Shown: piece by piece, positions 40,978 to 55,445 of the stretch
How positions within the stretch are numbered: position 1 is the stretch's first letter
Layout: each line of letters begins with the position of its first letter
Assembly (NCBI GenBank): GCA_964106645.2
Contig: OZ067045.1
Length of the DNA stretch: 64,000 bases
Source: Podarcis pityusensis
Taxonomy: Eukaryota
Strand: one strand, 5' to 3'
Made by a program: the position numbers and the translations under genes
The notes under the pieces: model-generated
Seen by the model: the letters and a program-made list of their open reading frames with translations, nothing else
Told to the model about the DNA's origin: nothing
Database searches by the model: none

Positions 40978-41260
40978 ACATGCTCCAAATGGAGGGCTTC
41001 CTTGGTTATTTGAAATTACGCACACGCATGCACACAAACACACATTTTCCACAATTGAAGGAAACATTTGCAACATTAAAGATTTCTATCTGTCCAGTGC
41101 TGCATTCACTCTGGAGTCATCTGTTGGGGGAGCCACATGTTTATTTCCAGAGAGAGAAAACTAGGCAGCACAAAACAATTTAAAACAAGAGCTTAAACCG
41201 CAACCAGCAACAACTTTTTTATATCTACAATAGTCATCCACTCCAACTCCAAAGTATTAA

Positions 41261-41459
41261 GGGAAGGGCTGTGGCTCAGTGGCAGAGCCTCTGCTTTGCA
41301 TGCAGACGGTGTCCTACCTAAGGCTCAATCCACAGCAGCATCTGCAGGTACTACAGGGAGAGAAACTCTGAAACTTTGGAGAGCTGATGCTGCCAGCCAG
41401 CATAGTTAATTCTGGGCTGGATAGACCAAGACTATATGGGGTCATTTCTTATGCTCCTA
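41261..41459 (+). mobile_element. tRNA-derived SINE (Squam3-like)
   Basis: gggctgtggctcagtggcagagcctctgctttgcatgcag...ttggagagctg..tgccagccag...ttcttatgctccta. Confidence 0.7.
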
Positions 41460-42590
41460 CTGTTAAGAGGGAATTGAGTGGTGGGCTTTGTCTCAGCCCA
41501 CTTCTTCCAGAGCTATTATTAATATGGGCCACCTCGAGACCATGGCAGTAGAGCACAACACCTTGGTTTGAGGCAAATCACTCCGAACAGCAGAGTAGTT
41601 TAGAAGCACATAAAATAATCCACTGTGTCCTCTGGCAACCATGAGTTGGCAGCTGCAATTCATTCAGGTTCTTATACTTATTTAAACCACTCCTGAAGAA
41701 CTTTGCTTTACAAGGTGCTGTGCAAATAGCATACAGATTAACCAATACTGAGACTGAGGTGGCAACTTGCCCAAGGTCACCCAGAGGTGAGACTTATTCC
41801 CCAGGTCCAAGACCAGCTCTCTATTGGCCCACACTGGCTGCTGTCTCTTGTCTTTGTTTGGAATTTCTCACTGTTGCTGAGGAAAGTAGATGTTATAGAA
41901 CCACTTAATTGGTCATAATTTTTGCAGAAAATACCAGCGTGTTTTCTGGCTCAGTGATTCAGAATGTGTGTTAATTAATCCCTTGTAAGGCATGATCTTG
42001 ATTTATAGGGATGGCTTCAGATAAGAGAAGATACTCAGATACATTCATTTGGTTCATTCACAAATATATTACCGGTCTCTGTTGCTGTTCTTTTGAAGCT
42101 CCCCTCACCCCCGCCTTGAATGGCACCTCATAAGAAAGATTAGCTTTTATGCTTTATCCTCCTTGAATACTCTTGAGTGACATTGCCCACTGCAAAAGCC
42201 CACAGAGAAGTGACTAACTTCTTTCAATGTGTTCTGAATTCAACCTCCTTCTGATGAAGGAGAAAACACATGCCAGTCCCAAGTAGTCTCTCCAGAAAGC
42301 ACTCTATTGCCTCTACCTTCTCTTTGATAATGAGAAAGATCTCAGGTGCCTCTTCTCATCTCACCTGCTGCATTGTGGCATGGGAAGAGAAGTGGCTTCT
42401 TAAGTAAGGAGATCCAAGGCTTTTTAGAAATTGCAGGTAAAACTCAGTACTCTGAGCATTTGTACCTGGGGACCTGGAAGACACCAGCGTAGATCACAGG
42501 ACACAAATAGGAGCAAGAGCCTTGAGCTGAGATGTGATTTGTAATGAAAAGTGTGCTGCAGATGTTGGCAGCTGCTTTGGCTTATTAATG

Positions 42591-42801
42591 GGAAAGGATG
42601 GTACCTCAGTGGATAGAGCATCTGCTTTGCATGTAGAAGGTCTTCAGTTCAGTCCCTGGCATCTCCAGGTGGGAGAAGGAATGTTCCCTGTCTGAAACCT
42701 TGGAAAGATGTTACCACTCAGTACCACTCAGTTACCACTCAGTACCACTGTACTGAGTTAGAAGATGGGCCTCTGTTATAAGGCATCTTCCTATGTTCCT
42801 A
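42591..42801 (+). mobile_element. tRNA-derived SINE (Squam3-like) with internal microduplications
   Basis: ctcagtggatagagcatctgctttgcatgtagaaggtc...ggcatctccaggtggg...(taccactcag)x3...aaggcatcttcctatgttccta. Confidence 0.72.
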
Positions 42802-45021
42802 CGTAATGTGCAGATGTAGTTGAAAGAAGAACAACTATCATGGTCTTGAAGTGATGGGCACATGAGTGGCTGTTCTCAAAATCTGTTTGTGGCCTTCTCA
42901 CAACAAACACCATTGGTGGGCCATGGTAATTTATGACCAAACATTTCTTTGTTCCATGACTGAATGCTGAGTATTTGATAGGAAACCTTCTTGGGAACCT
43001 TCTGAATCAAAGGAAAGAAAGAATAACTAAGTTACACACCACCCACTCTCACAGTATAGGCTGTTACACACCACCCACTCTCAGTTGGCAAGCTTGAAAG
43101 TTTGTGTTGCACTGCTTGCTTTCTGAGGATTGTATGTGCTGCCCAAAGTACTTTGCTATATCTTCTTACCCATATCTTGCTATGCCACAGTCCTCTTCCT
43201 GTCCTGGTCTTGCAGCTCTGCACTGAGTGACATAATTGCGCCTCTTAACAGATGCTGTTTCTTACATCCCAGCTTCTACTAGTAAGAGCCAAAGAAGAGG
43301 AAAGGGGAGACTGCTTGCAGAAATCCCGGCCCCTCAGACCCTTTAAAAAAAAAAAGTTTCTTAAAGCAGCATTGCAAGATTTCATACAGATTTATCTACA
43401 ATGAAGAAAGTCCTTTGGCCAGTAGTTCAACCCCGACAAGGCACTGCAACAGGAATTCGCAATATGAGGTCTTATATGGATCAATTTTAGTCTCTTAAGG
43501 GAAGGAGTTGACCTTTTATGATTTGGATTTCTGGTCAGAGATTATTCCTCATAAGAGACAGAAAAAACTTGCTACCTGATGAGACCTGAGGTTATCACTA
43601 CAGGGTCCTTGCTCAAGCGCTGTTGGACAGAGGGAGGTTGAAGAAAATTCCCAGAGCACTTAATTTATTTTCTTTCTTTTTTTTAGCTTTCAGTATTTTT
43701 TACAGAGTGAAGTTCAACCATGTATTTTTTTTCTGATCCTCACTACCATTGGGTAAAATACGTTTTCTTTGGTGTTTCAGAGACACATGGATGATTCTGG
43801 AGTGTGGCTAGCTTGTCAGCTCCACCACTCCTGTTGCTGTATGGCCGACAGAGGGGATTCCTGTGACCCAGATGGGAGCTCAGGCAACCAGTAATTGACC
43901 TTCTATGCTACAGCTGGAACATCAGGGTTCAAAGTAATGAAGGAATCCTCAGGGTTGCTGGCAGTGCTGGTGTTCTGGTGTGTGTGTGTGTTGCGATCCT
44001 GCTTCCCCTGTTCCTCCACCTCTAAGGAGACTCTGGTTCATAGTCTGGGTGTAGCTGGACCCTGACAAATACCTGGCTTTTCTGGTTAAAAAAATCCCAT
44101 AGCAGCAGATGGGAAAGGCCTCTGCCAACTTCCTAGAGAGCCACTATAAGTCAGAGAAGAAAATATTGGGCTAGATAGTCCAGTGGATTGACCTGGGATA
44201 CGGCAACTTCCCATGACATTCTTAATTTGCTTAGTTTGCCTGCTTGGATGGAAGTGAAGGAAAAGGCTGCAGGAGGGAGCATGATGTCTGAATAGGACCT
44301 TGTCACAGTTGTGCCTATGGAACACTTCTCAAGAGGGGCCTACCTGGAGCCTGCTTTTCTCTCATTTCAGCACCAGGCTAAAACCTATTTTACACCCCAC
44401 CCCACCCGTAATTTCAGTATGAATTATGGATTTTAGACTGGTTTGCCATTGCTGTTTTATTTTTGTAAGTTTTATTTGCCAAACGGATTTTACTATTCTA
44501 ACATTGCTTTTATGGTGCTGTGTAAGCTGCCCTTGGACACTTTTTGCAGGACGGGATACAAACCCTGATTTCCCCCCCAGGAAAGATCCACGAGCAGAAT
44601 ACTATATTTCTGTCAGTGACGGCTCCTGAACCTTTCTCTTTAAAAGTTTGAATGGCTTTAATTTTGTTTACTGTGTGTTTTTGCAATATTGATTCCAAAA
44701 GGGCTGCTATGGAAGAAGACGTTATGATGCAAAGCACTTCTGTTGTTTATTTACTTTATCTTATTCTATATCGTTTGTTACATTTATCAGTTACCGCATT
44801 GCAATGAGCCTCTAGGTGATGTATAACCCTGATACAAAGAGTTTAAAAAAGCACATAATAATCCAAGCCATACATTGTGATATACAAGCCTAGCAACTAA
44901 ATAAGTAAGCATTAACACTGGCACAATCCAATAAAAACTAAAAGACCCCCATAAGCTAAAACTGAATGATCGCTGTCAAGTGAGCAGAGACTAAAATCAG
45001 ATGATGTTAAGGCAGCGTTAA

Positions 45022-45190
45022 AATGCAAAAAGGTCCGACTTCGATCCCTGGCAGCATCTCCAGGTACCTGGTGATGGGAAAAGCCTCTCTCTGCCCAAGA
45101 CCCTGGAGAGCTGCTGCCAGTCAGAGAAGTCAATACTGGGCTAGACGGGTGAATGGTCTGACCTAGAAGAACGCAGCTTCCTCTGTTCAT
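45022..45190 (+). mobile_element. tRNA-derived SINE (Squam3-like), 5'-partial
   Basis: ttcgatccctggcagcatctccaggta...ccctggagagctgctgccagtcag...gcagcttcctctgttc. Confidence 0.7.
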
Positions 45191-45448
45191 AAGCTGGAAG
45201 AGCCCCCTAAATAGCCCTGTGTGGCCTGTGCTGAATCAGTTTGAAGTTATTGTTGTATAGTAAGGGCAGGGACCTCTTGTGGCACTTCTAGACCTTACAT
45301 CACACAATTTCCTAAAACACAGTACAGTATTCTATTTTCCTTCTGGGTGGACTCTTTTCTTCTTTCCAGCAGGGGGAGACATCTGACCATATAACAGAAC
45401 TGATAATGCTGCCTTTGGAAGCTTCTTTTATCAATATACATATAAAAC

Positions 45449-45748
45449 NNNNNNNNNNNNNNNNNNNNNNNNNNNNNNNNNNNNNNNNNNNNNNNNNNNN
45501 NNNNNNNNNNNNNNNNNNNNNNNNNNNNNNNNNNNNNNNNNNNNNNNNNNNNNNNNNNNNNNNNNNNNNNNNNNNNNNNNNNNNNNNNNNNNNNNNNNNN
45601 NNNNNNNNNNNNNNNNNNNNNNNNNNNNNNNNNNNNNNNNNNNNNNNNNNNNNNNNNNNNNNNNNNNNNNNNNNNNNNNNNNNNNNNNNNNNNNNNNNNN
45701 NNNNNNNNNNNNNNNNNNNNNNNNNNNNNNNNNNNNNNNNNNNNNNNN
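45449..45748. other. Assembly gap (300 N)
   Basis: Run of n. Confidence 1.
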
Positions 45749-47292
45749 GACAGAAAAGATATACAATTCGGAGCAGCGGGCCAGCAATACCAGTAAGCTG
45801 TTCTGACCTTTGCCATCCAGACTCTATGTATGTGACAATCACACACCCGGCTTCTCTTCTTGGCTCTTACATCAGCGTTTTTGGCAAGAAGTGTGGCTGG
45901 GAACATTCATCAAACTAATCGGCATGTTAATCGATTAATTCATTAATCGCAGATTTAGAATGTGGATTTTAAATCAGAGGAATCGATGCTGGCTGCAGCT
46001 GGAGGGTGTTCACTGCTGATGCTATTAATTATCATTTCTTATATTTGGGATGATTTTTTTGAACAGAATATTTCCATCTGTCTTTGTTAATTACGTGGGA
46101 GGAACTGTTATCTTCAATACATACCCTTAACTTGTTACCTTTATACAGGCAGCCAGGCTGTTTGCTTTAACTGGATAATTAAACACTAGTCTGTTAAACA
46201 GGATGACAGTTAATTTGACTAAAAATAGTTAATCAGTGGATAGTCTTAGTAAGAAAGTATTTAAAAGCTAGGCAGGTTACTGAGTGCTAACCAAGTATGA
46301 TCAAGGGAGAGGTAGTCAGTGTTTTCATTACCTCCTGCACCGTGTTGTTGAAATCACTCTCTAGCTTAGCAAACAGGCAGTTGCGTTTGCTTGCTGATAT
46401 TGCTCATAAGGTTGCATGGTGACATTATGCCCCAAAGATGTAAACAGAGCATGCTCCTCCGAGGAATTTGATCCTCCATGCCTTTGAGACGAACAGATTA
46501 ACAGGACCACTGAGCTAATCACTTGGCAGATGCAAACTGCAAATACAGTCTATATGTTGCCTAATCAAAGAATTGCAGAAGTATGTAGTGAGCTTTGAAG
46601 CTCAATAAAAGCCAGCTAATGAGATGATTAAATTGACATTTGATGTGATTTAACTATAGAGCAGCAAACATCAATACCTATATGATTTGGCAAGTGATTC
46701 TCAAATTATGATGTGAGCTTTTCAAGGGTTTCCACCATTGGAGAACACCTAGCTGTAAACCAGCATGGGGCGGGGTGTGGTGTAGATTTTGTAAAGTCAA
46801 GTGCTTTAATCATCAGTAGCTTTCTATTCTCTTCTGCTGCCTAAACAAACATTTCATTTAAGGGAACTGAATGATTAGGCCCAGGTTTGTGCATGAATGA
46901 GCTCTGAAATCAGTGGACCAAAACAGAACTCCTTGGTTCTTAGAAGCTATCAAAAGGGAAACTGGTTTTCCTAAGTCCAGGGATTGCCCTGTGTTTGGGA
47001 TGGCTTCCTTTCAGAGCAAGTTTTCTGCACGTGCAAAATCTCACCGGATTCCACAGCGTAGAAGAAGAAAAGCAAATCCAAAGCACTGTGTGCCAGCCAT
47101 GCTCACAAGTTGTTCCTGGGTGCTGCCTTTTGTTAGCAAGATGCAAACCTGACAGCACAGCATTTGTCCCATACATGCTTGAGTTTAGTCCTGTGTGTGC
47201 TCATGGTCCCAGCAAAACTGCTGCGGAAGTTTGAGCCTGCATCTTCCCTGGTGTCTCCCAGTTTAAATGTGTATCCCAAACTGATCTCCATA

Positions 47293-47430
47293 CCAAGTGG
47301 GGGAACCTTTGCCCCCCCCCATGTTGCTGAACTTTAACTCATAATCTCTGGCCATTGGTCATGCTTGCTGAGGCTGATGGGAGTTGTAGTTCAGCAACAT
47401 CTGGAGAGGGCCACAGATTCCACACATCAC
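47293..47430. mobile_element. Palindromic hAT-type MITE
   Basis: atgttgctgaact...ggccattggtcatgct...gatgggagttgtagttcagcaacatctggag. Confidence 0.65.
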
Positions 47431-49138
47431 CACATGGTGTTCTTGCATGCATTACCACTACTTGTTATGTAATATGGGCTATTGGGGGCGGGGAAAGATT
47501 GGGAGAGAGTTCTAGCCATATTAAGTTACTGTTATACCTACAATTGCTTTTCTTCTTATAATTTCAGATTACCATGCTTAATGCACACGAGCTGACGCAT
47601 GGAGATACATTTGGGGTAATGCTGTGTGTAGTTATGCATGTCGTATTATCACATGGCTAGATGTGGTCTGTCATCCCCTACTCAGCACATCTGGTACAGT
47701 AGATTTACATGCAGAAATTCCATTTCCACATGGAGATTGCATTCACTGAACTGGGGCAAATCACTTTAGAATGGAGGTCCATTTGTGTTGCCCAGGATGA
47801 GGCTGTCACCGTAGGAAAAGATAGGTGTCTAGTATAAATTCAGGATATGGATTATCCTATCATGGCAGCTGCCTTCTGTGGTATCTCCTTTCTATAGATT
47901 AGAATAATTTTGTTGTTCCATGCAGGAGGTGAGCTGGCAGTCAGTGTCACTCTCTCTGACCAGTATTTGGAATCATCACTTTTAATAGAAACCCAACCAT
48001 CACTTGCTTTGTTTAAAAAAGATACCAAACATAATTACCCAGTAATTAGAATCCTGGTCCTTTCCACTGCATTGCTGGAAATTGGGTTTCCAACATCGCT
48101 CTCCTCCTTCCCCTCTGCATTCCCAGCCCCAAAGCTTAGAAATACCAGAGCCAATGCCTGTAAGACAGAGGCATTATGCTCTGATCAGAAAGACAAGTTA
48201 AAATGGCTATTTGCTTATTTTATTTGACTCAATTCATATACTGTGGGATTGTAGTAAAACCTCTTAAGCGGTTTATAAGAAATATTAAAATCATCAATAA
48301 AAACAGTTAAAAACAATTAAAGATAATTAAAACCAGCAGTAAAAGAAACCGAAACACAACATGTCTGGATTGGCTTCATCATCTCATCCTCCTAACACAT
48401 ACTCCCTTTTCTGTATGAGAAAGGAAACACAATAAAAAAAAACCCAACCAGGTTTCACTTGCAATAATTTTTCCATATCTTGAGGACTAGCAAATTCTTT
48501 ACTATGAGGCTTTATTTGTACAAAGCATAGCAAAACTTCAAAACCACTCAAAAGCTTTCTTATTAACTGCTGTCAGTCCTGTGATTTACAAGGGCAATAA
48601 AGATCTGGAGGGGGCACATTTATCATGGACTTCAGCACACCAGGAGCCATTTTCTCAAGCGGTAAAGCCAAGTGATAAAATGAGTTCTTTTGTTCCATAA
48701 CCTTCTTAAAATGTGTGTGTTGGTCTTTCTGGCTTGTAGCTTGGCTCTGCTCCTCTAGCCCTCCATCTCCCTGCGATGATGAATTGCTCAGACACAGATG
48801 CTGATGATGCTTCTAGAACAGCAGATTCTCTGAGTGATACAAATTTACTTTCCGCTTTCTATTAGTTGCCAGCATTATTTATTCCTCTACTCCTAATTTT
48901 TATTTTATTTGCATGACACTTTTGAAATTGGGTAGGAGAAACTATCATATACCCTTCCTTCTTAGGAAAACTCAGATAATTCTGATTTAGGGTAATATAA
49001 AATCCTCATGTTTATACCAAGAAACCATTCTCCTGATTTGTGGTGTGCATGTTGGGAAGCAAAGTCCCATTGTTCTGCATTTGACATACTCTCATAGGCA
49101 GATAATAACTTTTGTGTCTATCCTCCGTTCCTTGGCAG

Positions 49139-49143
<5 letters not shown>

Positions 49144-49184
<41 letters not shown>
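49144..49184. repeat. (AG)~20 microsatellite
   Basis: Direct reading. Confidence 0.95.
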
Positions 49185-49188
<4 letters not shown>

Positions 49189-52100
49189 AAGTTAATTTGT
49201 TGCAAAAAATAGACAGCCCAGTTGGGGCTTGCTTTGTACATGAAAGAACAATACCAGTGCAACTGTTCATTGATTAACATAATTGAGCCATAGTTAAATA
49301 GTCAAGGCTTAAGCTAATCAGAAAATAAAATAAGCCTTTAAAAATGTACCTAGGCTTATTTGCAACAAAACTGAATTACACTATGACTGTTGGAAGAAAG
49401 AAAACAATGAGTACTGTTCAACTTTGTCTTCATGTTAGTCATTCTAGTACATCACAAAGATTGTCTAGTTTTCTGCAAATGTATTTCCTAAAATAATTTC
49501 CTTCTTCAGGACATTTTTTGAAATGCACTTGACTTGGCCTAGCTTTGTCAAAAAGAACAATTTACATGTCTTACAAAAATGGGAGAAGTAAAATTTCAAG
49601 GCAAATGACTTCTAGATTAGATGATGTGCGACTTGATTTACACAAGTTAACTAGCATCATGTTTGTGAGGTTTGTGTTTTTAAAATGGGGGCTGGGGAAA
49701 TGACAGAGTACAATGGTCCAGTTAGCAAAGTGGGTTGGTTTGCTCACAGCATGAGGATGAATTGGATGGAAGAACAATCAGCTTGGAAATGTCTTCCAAT
49801 TTGCTTTTAAGGCTCAGGGCAGGTGGGTGATTTTGACCATACTTTCCAACCTTTTTAAGCTGGGATCAGGGACACGGGCACCTCCGAGAAACGATGTAGA
49901 GAAGGACCAGCGGCGGTGGCGTGCCTCTTCTCCTCTGGGCTCCGGTACACTGCAGCTTCGCTCCTGGCTCAGGTCTGCGCCAGGGGCAGAAGCAGTGCAG
50001 AGAAGGCGTGGTAGCGTTAGCCCTGCGCCACATCTCTCCTCCTTTGAGCTCTGGTATGAAAGGGAGGAAAAGGGTCACTGTTGAGCAGCTGCCACTGCCA
50101 GAGAGCACCCAGAGCCTTTTCACCTCCTGCTGCTACTCATGCCCCGACTGCTGAGTCTCATTCCTTTCCACATGCTCCGGCTGCCTTCCTGCTGGGCTCA
50201 TGGTCCCCCAGGGCCACACACACTGTGCACTCTGGCGAGGCTGGGCAAGGCAAAATGGAGGGCTGTCCTCCCTTCCTTGCTACGCCATCGTGCTCTGCCA
50301 TCACATCAACGTTGTTGCGCTCCCTGCCAGGTGCTCTGATTGGTAGAGAGCCAGATTTCTCCCTGCAGCCACCACAGCCATTTTCTTTCCCTGCTTAATT
50401 TATTAAGAGACTGAGAAGAGGAAAGTTGTTCTCCTGTGCAGTGGCCGCCCAAGGAAGGACGTGTGGATCCTGGGACATTCTGGGATCCAATCAGAGACTG
50501 GGATGCCTGCTTTAAATCCGTGATGTCCCACTCGAAACATGACAGTTGCATGGTATGTTTGCCACAATCCAGCATGATCTATTCCCTATGACTCCAAGAT
50601 CTTGTTCGTAGTTCCTCATCGCTTAATTCAGACCCTATAAGTGTATATAGGAAATTAATATTTCTTTTGGTGGGTTGTGTTGTGATGCTTGCATTGGTTG
50701 CCTTCCTCTGACCCGAGGAGCATACACTGGATGATTATCATTGCACTGAACAGCAGTTGAAACGTTTGGTAAGATATAGGGGCTGTTTTAGAAAGAAATT
50801 GGTGCTACATAGGGAACCTCAGACAATTTTCTCTGGCGGCAACTTGCTGCTAAAGCCAGTTGGGATGCTTTGGGGAAAGTGGTTAGAGGACTGTCGTTTG
50901 CTAGAGATGGCTGAACCATCACTCACAATTTCCCCCAAAGGAGGCAGCTGTAGTGCTAGCCTTAGGCACACCTCTTAACCAGCTCTTAACCAGCATATGG
51001 AAGATGTTGGCCTTCGCTAGTCCATCATGGGTATATCAGCCATGGCAGAGAGATTTTTTTCAGACCTGTTTGCTGTAATTTTATGGCCATACTTAAAATA
51101 TGAGTAGGAAAGATTTTTACCAGCCGACCAGCCTCTTTTTATATAGCTGCAAAGGGAATTGTGTGTTATTTCTGATACTTATCGTATTGTTAAATCTTTT
51201 GTCTCTGATATTTTAAGTTGGAAATTATAAGTGTTCTTTGTACTCTAGGGCCTCTTTTATACTGCAACTTCTTTAAAGTTTTTAAAGATCTAAAAAACAC
51301 AAAAAACCCCTTTACTTTATGAAGCAGTTTGGGGGTCAGTTTTTATAAAAATGTGTGCTTTTATGTTGGATCGTTTAAAGACCATCTGTTAACTGAAGCC
51401 AACCATAAGTGAAGTTGCAGTTATGTTTCCTATTAGTCTTGTATCTTTCCTATTAGTCATGTATGAGAGAATACAGAGGTAGCCAACAGAACTCCAAACA
51501 AGAATTGAGAAAGCAGATGGTTGCCATCATTTTACCTTGTTTTCTTTTACAAGAATGAAAAATTATTAATAGAACAGAAAACACTGTGCCCAGCTACTTT
51601 TGCTAACCACAGCTGAAAAATCACACCAAATATGCATTTCTGAGCCTTTATTTTATAATGCAATTGAAAATTTGAACTGTTTAGCTTAAGAGACATTAAG
51701 AAGAGGAGAGGAGAGAAAGCAAAATGAAACTCATGACTGAAAGCATAGAATGAAAGACAAAATGTACTGTTTGAAATAGGTGTGTACTTTCTGGTCAGTG
51801 AAGGCTCATTTATTTTATTGTCACAGTGAACTGTGATTTTTTATTTTTTTTAAGAGGAGGAGGGTGAAATTTTTCCTAGGTAGTTCTCTGGCTTACTGGC
51901 AGCTGCCTTTTCAAAAGTTGTCTGTTGACTTAAATAAAGATCCTTGAGAAGACAAATCACAAATTGTTTTTCAACTAAATTCAGCTACAAGCTTCCAGGC
52001 ATGCCCACGTCATACCTGGCCACAGGACTGCCGCTCTCATATGCCGCTGAGGGAATAACACTCACTTCTGCTTCACAATTCCTGGGCAATTTCAGACAGT

Positions 52101-55100
52101 TGCTAAGAATAGGAAAGGAAGATTTAAATTGACCAGAGAAATAAATTATGACGTTTTTATACCTGATTATATAGGAAAGTGTGTGTTTGTGGTAGGAATT
52201 AGCACATAGTAGATATGCAGATCCAAGGCTCGTATTTCATTTGAAATGTATTTATACATTCCTATCCTCATGTTAACCCTATGACAATTTTTAATTGGAA
52301 TATCAAACTATAGTAAAATGTACAGGCAATGTCTGATTTCACCCCAGTCCTCCACAGTGTGGGTAATAATCTTTCTGAAGCTCATTAATTCCATTTTCAG
52401 AGGGGTCAATGAGACTGAGGGTGTTTTCACACATGAATTTTTTAATCACTTCTGGCTTTAGTGAGAGTTCTAGTGCAAATTGCCCCCCGCCCCATGCATG
52501 CATTGTCCAGAATGCCCATTCCCCATTACAAATGCCTCGCCCCTGCATTGACCCCGATCACCTAAATAATCCTCTTCAGAGCCTCATGTATCCACTTGTA
52601 ACTGGCTTGAATGCCGCACAGTAAAGCTGTAGCCAAGCAAGAATTTGCACATACCGGTAAGTGTCCCTGAGGTCCTAGGTAGCATGAATAATGGGTGGTA
52701 CCAGTGACTCCGTTTCCTAGAGTGAGCCCCAAGTCCTCTTTGTCCCCTCATCATCTAATTGCCCATTGTCAATAATTTTGCCTGCCATGAACATGTGGGA
52801 TGTGGGAGCCAATTTTGGTGTTGGATTTATGTGCAGAAAAGTAAAAAGAGGACCCAGTAAGAAGGAGGAAGGAGAGAGCCTGGGCTGGCCAAAGCGGAAT
52901 ACTACTTTGCCATTGTTTGGTTGCTGGTTTCCTCCCTACGAATATCAAACCTTGATCTGCCCTTTCCACTCCTTCATGCACAAATATTTGCCATGTTTGC
53001 TGATATAGAAATGCATATGGATTCTCTTTGAGATTTCTTCTTCAGTTTGTGGAGAAATTTCCTCCTCATCTGTTTTCAGACTTTGATGCTATTCCGTTTA
53101 GTTTCCTCTTGCTCTTATTGGATTTTAGAAAAGGTTAATTAGCTATCCACCAAGCTTGGTGGAAGAAGATTTTAATATTAGGCAATGTCCTATTGGGGTA
53201 TGAAGGTAACACCATGAGGGGGTACTATAATTTTATCACATTTGTCCTGGTAAGTTGGTTTATTAAGGTGAACTGATTACAGCCCGCAGAGTTAATTTTT
53301 ATATGCTAATACACCACAGCAAGTTGGGAACTTAAATAAAATGATACAATTAATTCAAATTTATGACAGGCAGGGAAGCTCAGTAAGGTCATCTGTAGAT
53401 TATATTAACACTGCATCATCCAGACATTTCATCCCATTTTGTCTAACGTCAGGTGGCTGCTCTGTGTATCTTAATGCCCCTGGAATGTGGAAGGAAATGT
53501 GATGCAAAGTACATTGGGTGAATCTTGGCTCAGTTGCTGCATGCAGAGAAGACATACACAACTCATGAGGTACTCTAAACACTGTACACATCTTATGATT
53601 CATAGTGTGAACCACAAACTTCGCAATTTTAGAAAAGTGTCTGCACTAAACTTCTCAGGATTTTAATTCACTGGGGAAAATGTATGCCAAAATTATTCTG
53701 CTTTTTTGTTTGTTTGTTTATTAGCCACCCCAAAACCTCTTTGGGTGACATGCAAACAATTTGAATAAATGGGTAAAAACATCAAAACAATGCAGTGCAA
53801 TCAGATACAGCACTAAAATTCAATAAACAAGCACAAATATATAACTGGCAGCCACAGCCATATAAAAAACCCTACAGAGAATTAAAATATCTGCGGTATG
53901 TCCATGTTTTTCAGGCATATGAGGTGATAGTCAGTGCTGTTGGGTTCTTGATGTCAGGCATTGTAGTCTTGACTTGGACACGCACTGGTGAAAAGGACAT
54001 CGTTGTATCTCCTAAGTAATTATTCAAATTTTGCTTCTGAATGAGAATATGGATTCCTTTTCTCTCTCTAGCTTATAAGCATTGCTTATGTTTTTAATTG
54101 CACAACTGAATCTTCCTGATATTGTGTGTCTGTTATCATTGACGTGATCCTTAATTGCCTTGTCTACAGCAAGGCAACATACAGAGCTCCCACTAAAGAG
54201 GGATCAGGAAAGAAAATGAGGGCGGGGACTTCATTGTGCTGCCCAGGAGGAAGGTTGGAGGTGGTTCTTCCTGCATTTGGGATGGATGGATATCCTTATC
54301 GCAATAGCGTATGTGTACCCATGGTTGATGACCTAGAGATGGTAGGGAGTGTTTTATGGAAAGCACTGTAAATCTACAATGCAATCCTAACCACATTTAC
54401 TCAGAAGTAAGCTCTGTTGCATTCAGTGAGACTATGGCTGCATATACATCAAGCCATTTGTAGCACAAAAATTTAGTTTTTTAAAAATCCAGAATTGTTC
54501 GTGCTTGTCCTCAACATGGTGTTTTCAGTGTAGATTGTTTTTAGAACCTGGCATCCACAGGGATGGGCATGGTTGCTTGAAACCCATTTGAAAACCGCCC
54601 CATTGGGTAGTTAAGCTATGCCTTTTCCTCTCTGCAGCTGCATGAAGAAAGAAGTGGTGATTGCACTATTGGTATATGCTCACCCACAACGTCATTGGGG
54701 AGGTAGGGATACACCTCTCTGCCCCACTGCCAGGACTGCTTACAATCTGTTTTCCAATGGACACACTGCAGGGTAATGCAGAATCAATCTGCAATGAGCT
54801 TTTATTTTTGGAATGAAACCATAAGCACTTTTCAGGGGCAAAAAAATATACAACAGATGTAGCTGGCGTGTACACTACATGGAAAAAAACAAACACGTGC
54901 TCACTCTCCACTGATTTTGGAATAAAATGTTGTGTGTACGCAGCCTTACTTCCTAGTAAGTGTGTTTTGGATTGCAGCCTCAAATGTGGAGGCACCACAT
55001 AGGTGAGTTGGTGTCTCTTAAATGAGCTTTGGTGCACTATTCTTTTGTGTGCTATTGATTTTGTGTCATTCTTTGGGGCCATCATGACAACTCTCTATAT

Positions 55101-55445
55101 TAAACTACATAAAACAGCATCTCTGTGGAGCAAGTCAGCCTCGCCCTGCTCCTGAACCACCACATGGAGGCTTTTTTATATTAAGCAGCTACAGCAACTG
55201 CCCAGGAGGGAAGAGAGGAGAGAAAGTGAATCAAAAGGTAGGACAAAACTGGAAGGGGGAGGAGAAAGAGCATAGGAGGCATTTTCTATGTAGATTGGGA
55301 CTCAAGAAAAACAACAACATGTACATAAAGCAGGCAGTCTTGTCAGGAGATTATGGCTTCCCCTTTGATTTACCAGCTCTTGTTATCAAAATGATTTTTT
55401 AAAAATATAGGTCATGGTAGCCCAGAAATGTCTTAATATACTACA

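Noticed and set aside
43031-43083. 21-bp direct repeat with an 11-bp spacer
   Set aside because: Only two units; ordinary local duplication in a vertebrate genome, not a CRISPR-like array
45295-45918. ORFs of 118-203 aa around 45.3-45.9 kb
   Set aside because: Artefacts of translation through the 300-N gap
49838-50557. GC-rich island with several ORFs in the gene desert (possible promoter or gene)
   Set aside because: Bounded by degenerate inverted ends (CATACTTTCCAAC / GTTGCATGGTATG) with GGGAC/GGGAT subterminal repeats, so more likely a decayed non-autonomous DNA transposon; the ORFs resemble nothing I recognise
53146-53163. Perfect 18-bp palindrome TCCACCAAGCTTGGTGGA
   Set aside because: About 64000/4^9 = 0.24 expected by chance in this window, so not significant alone
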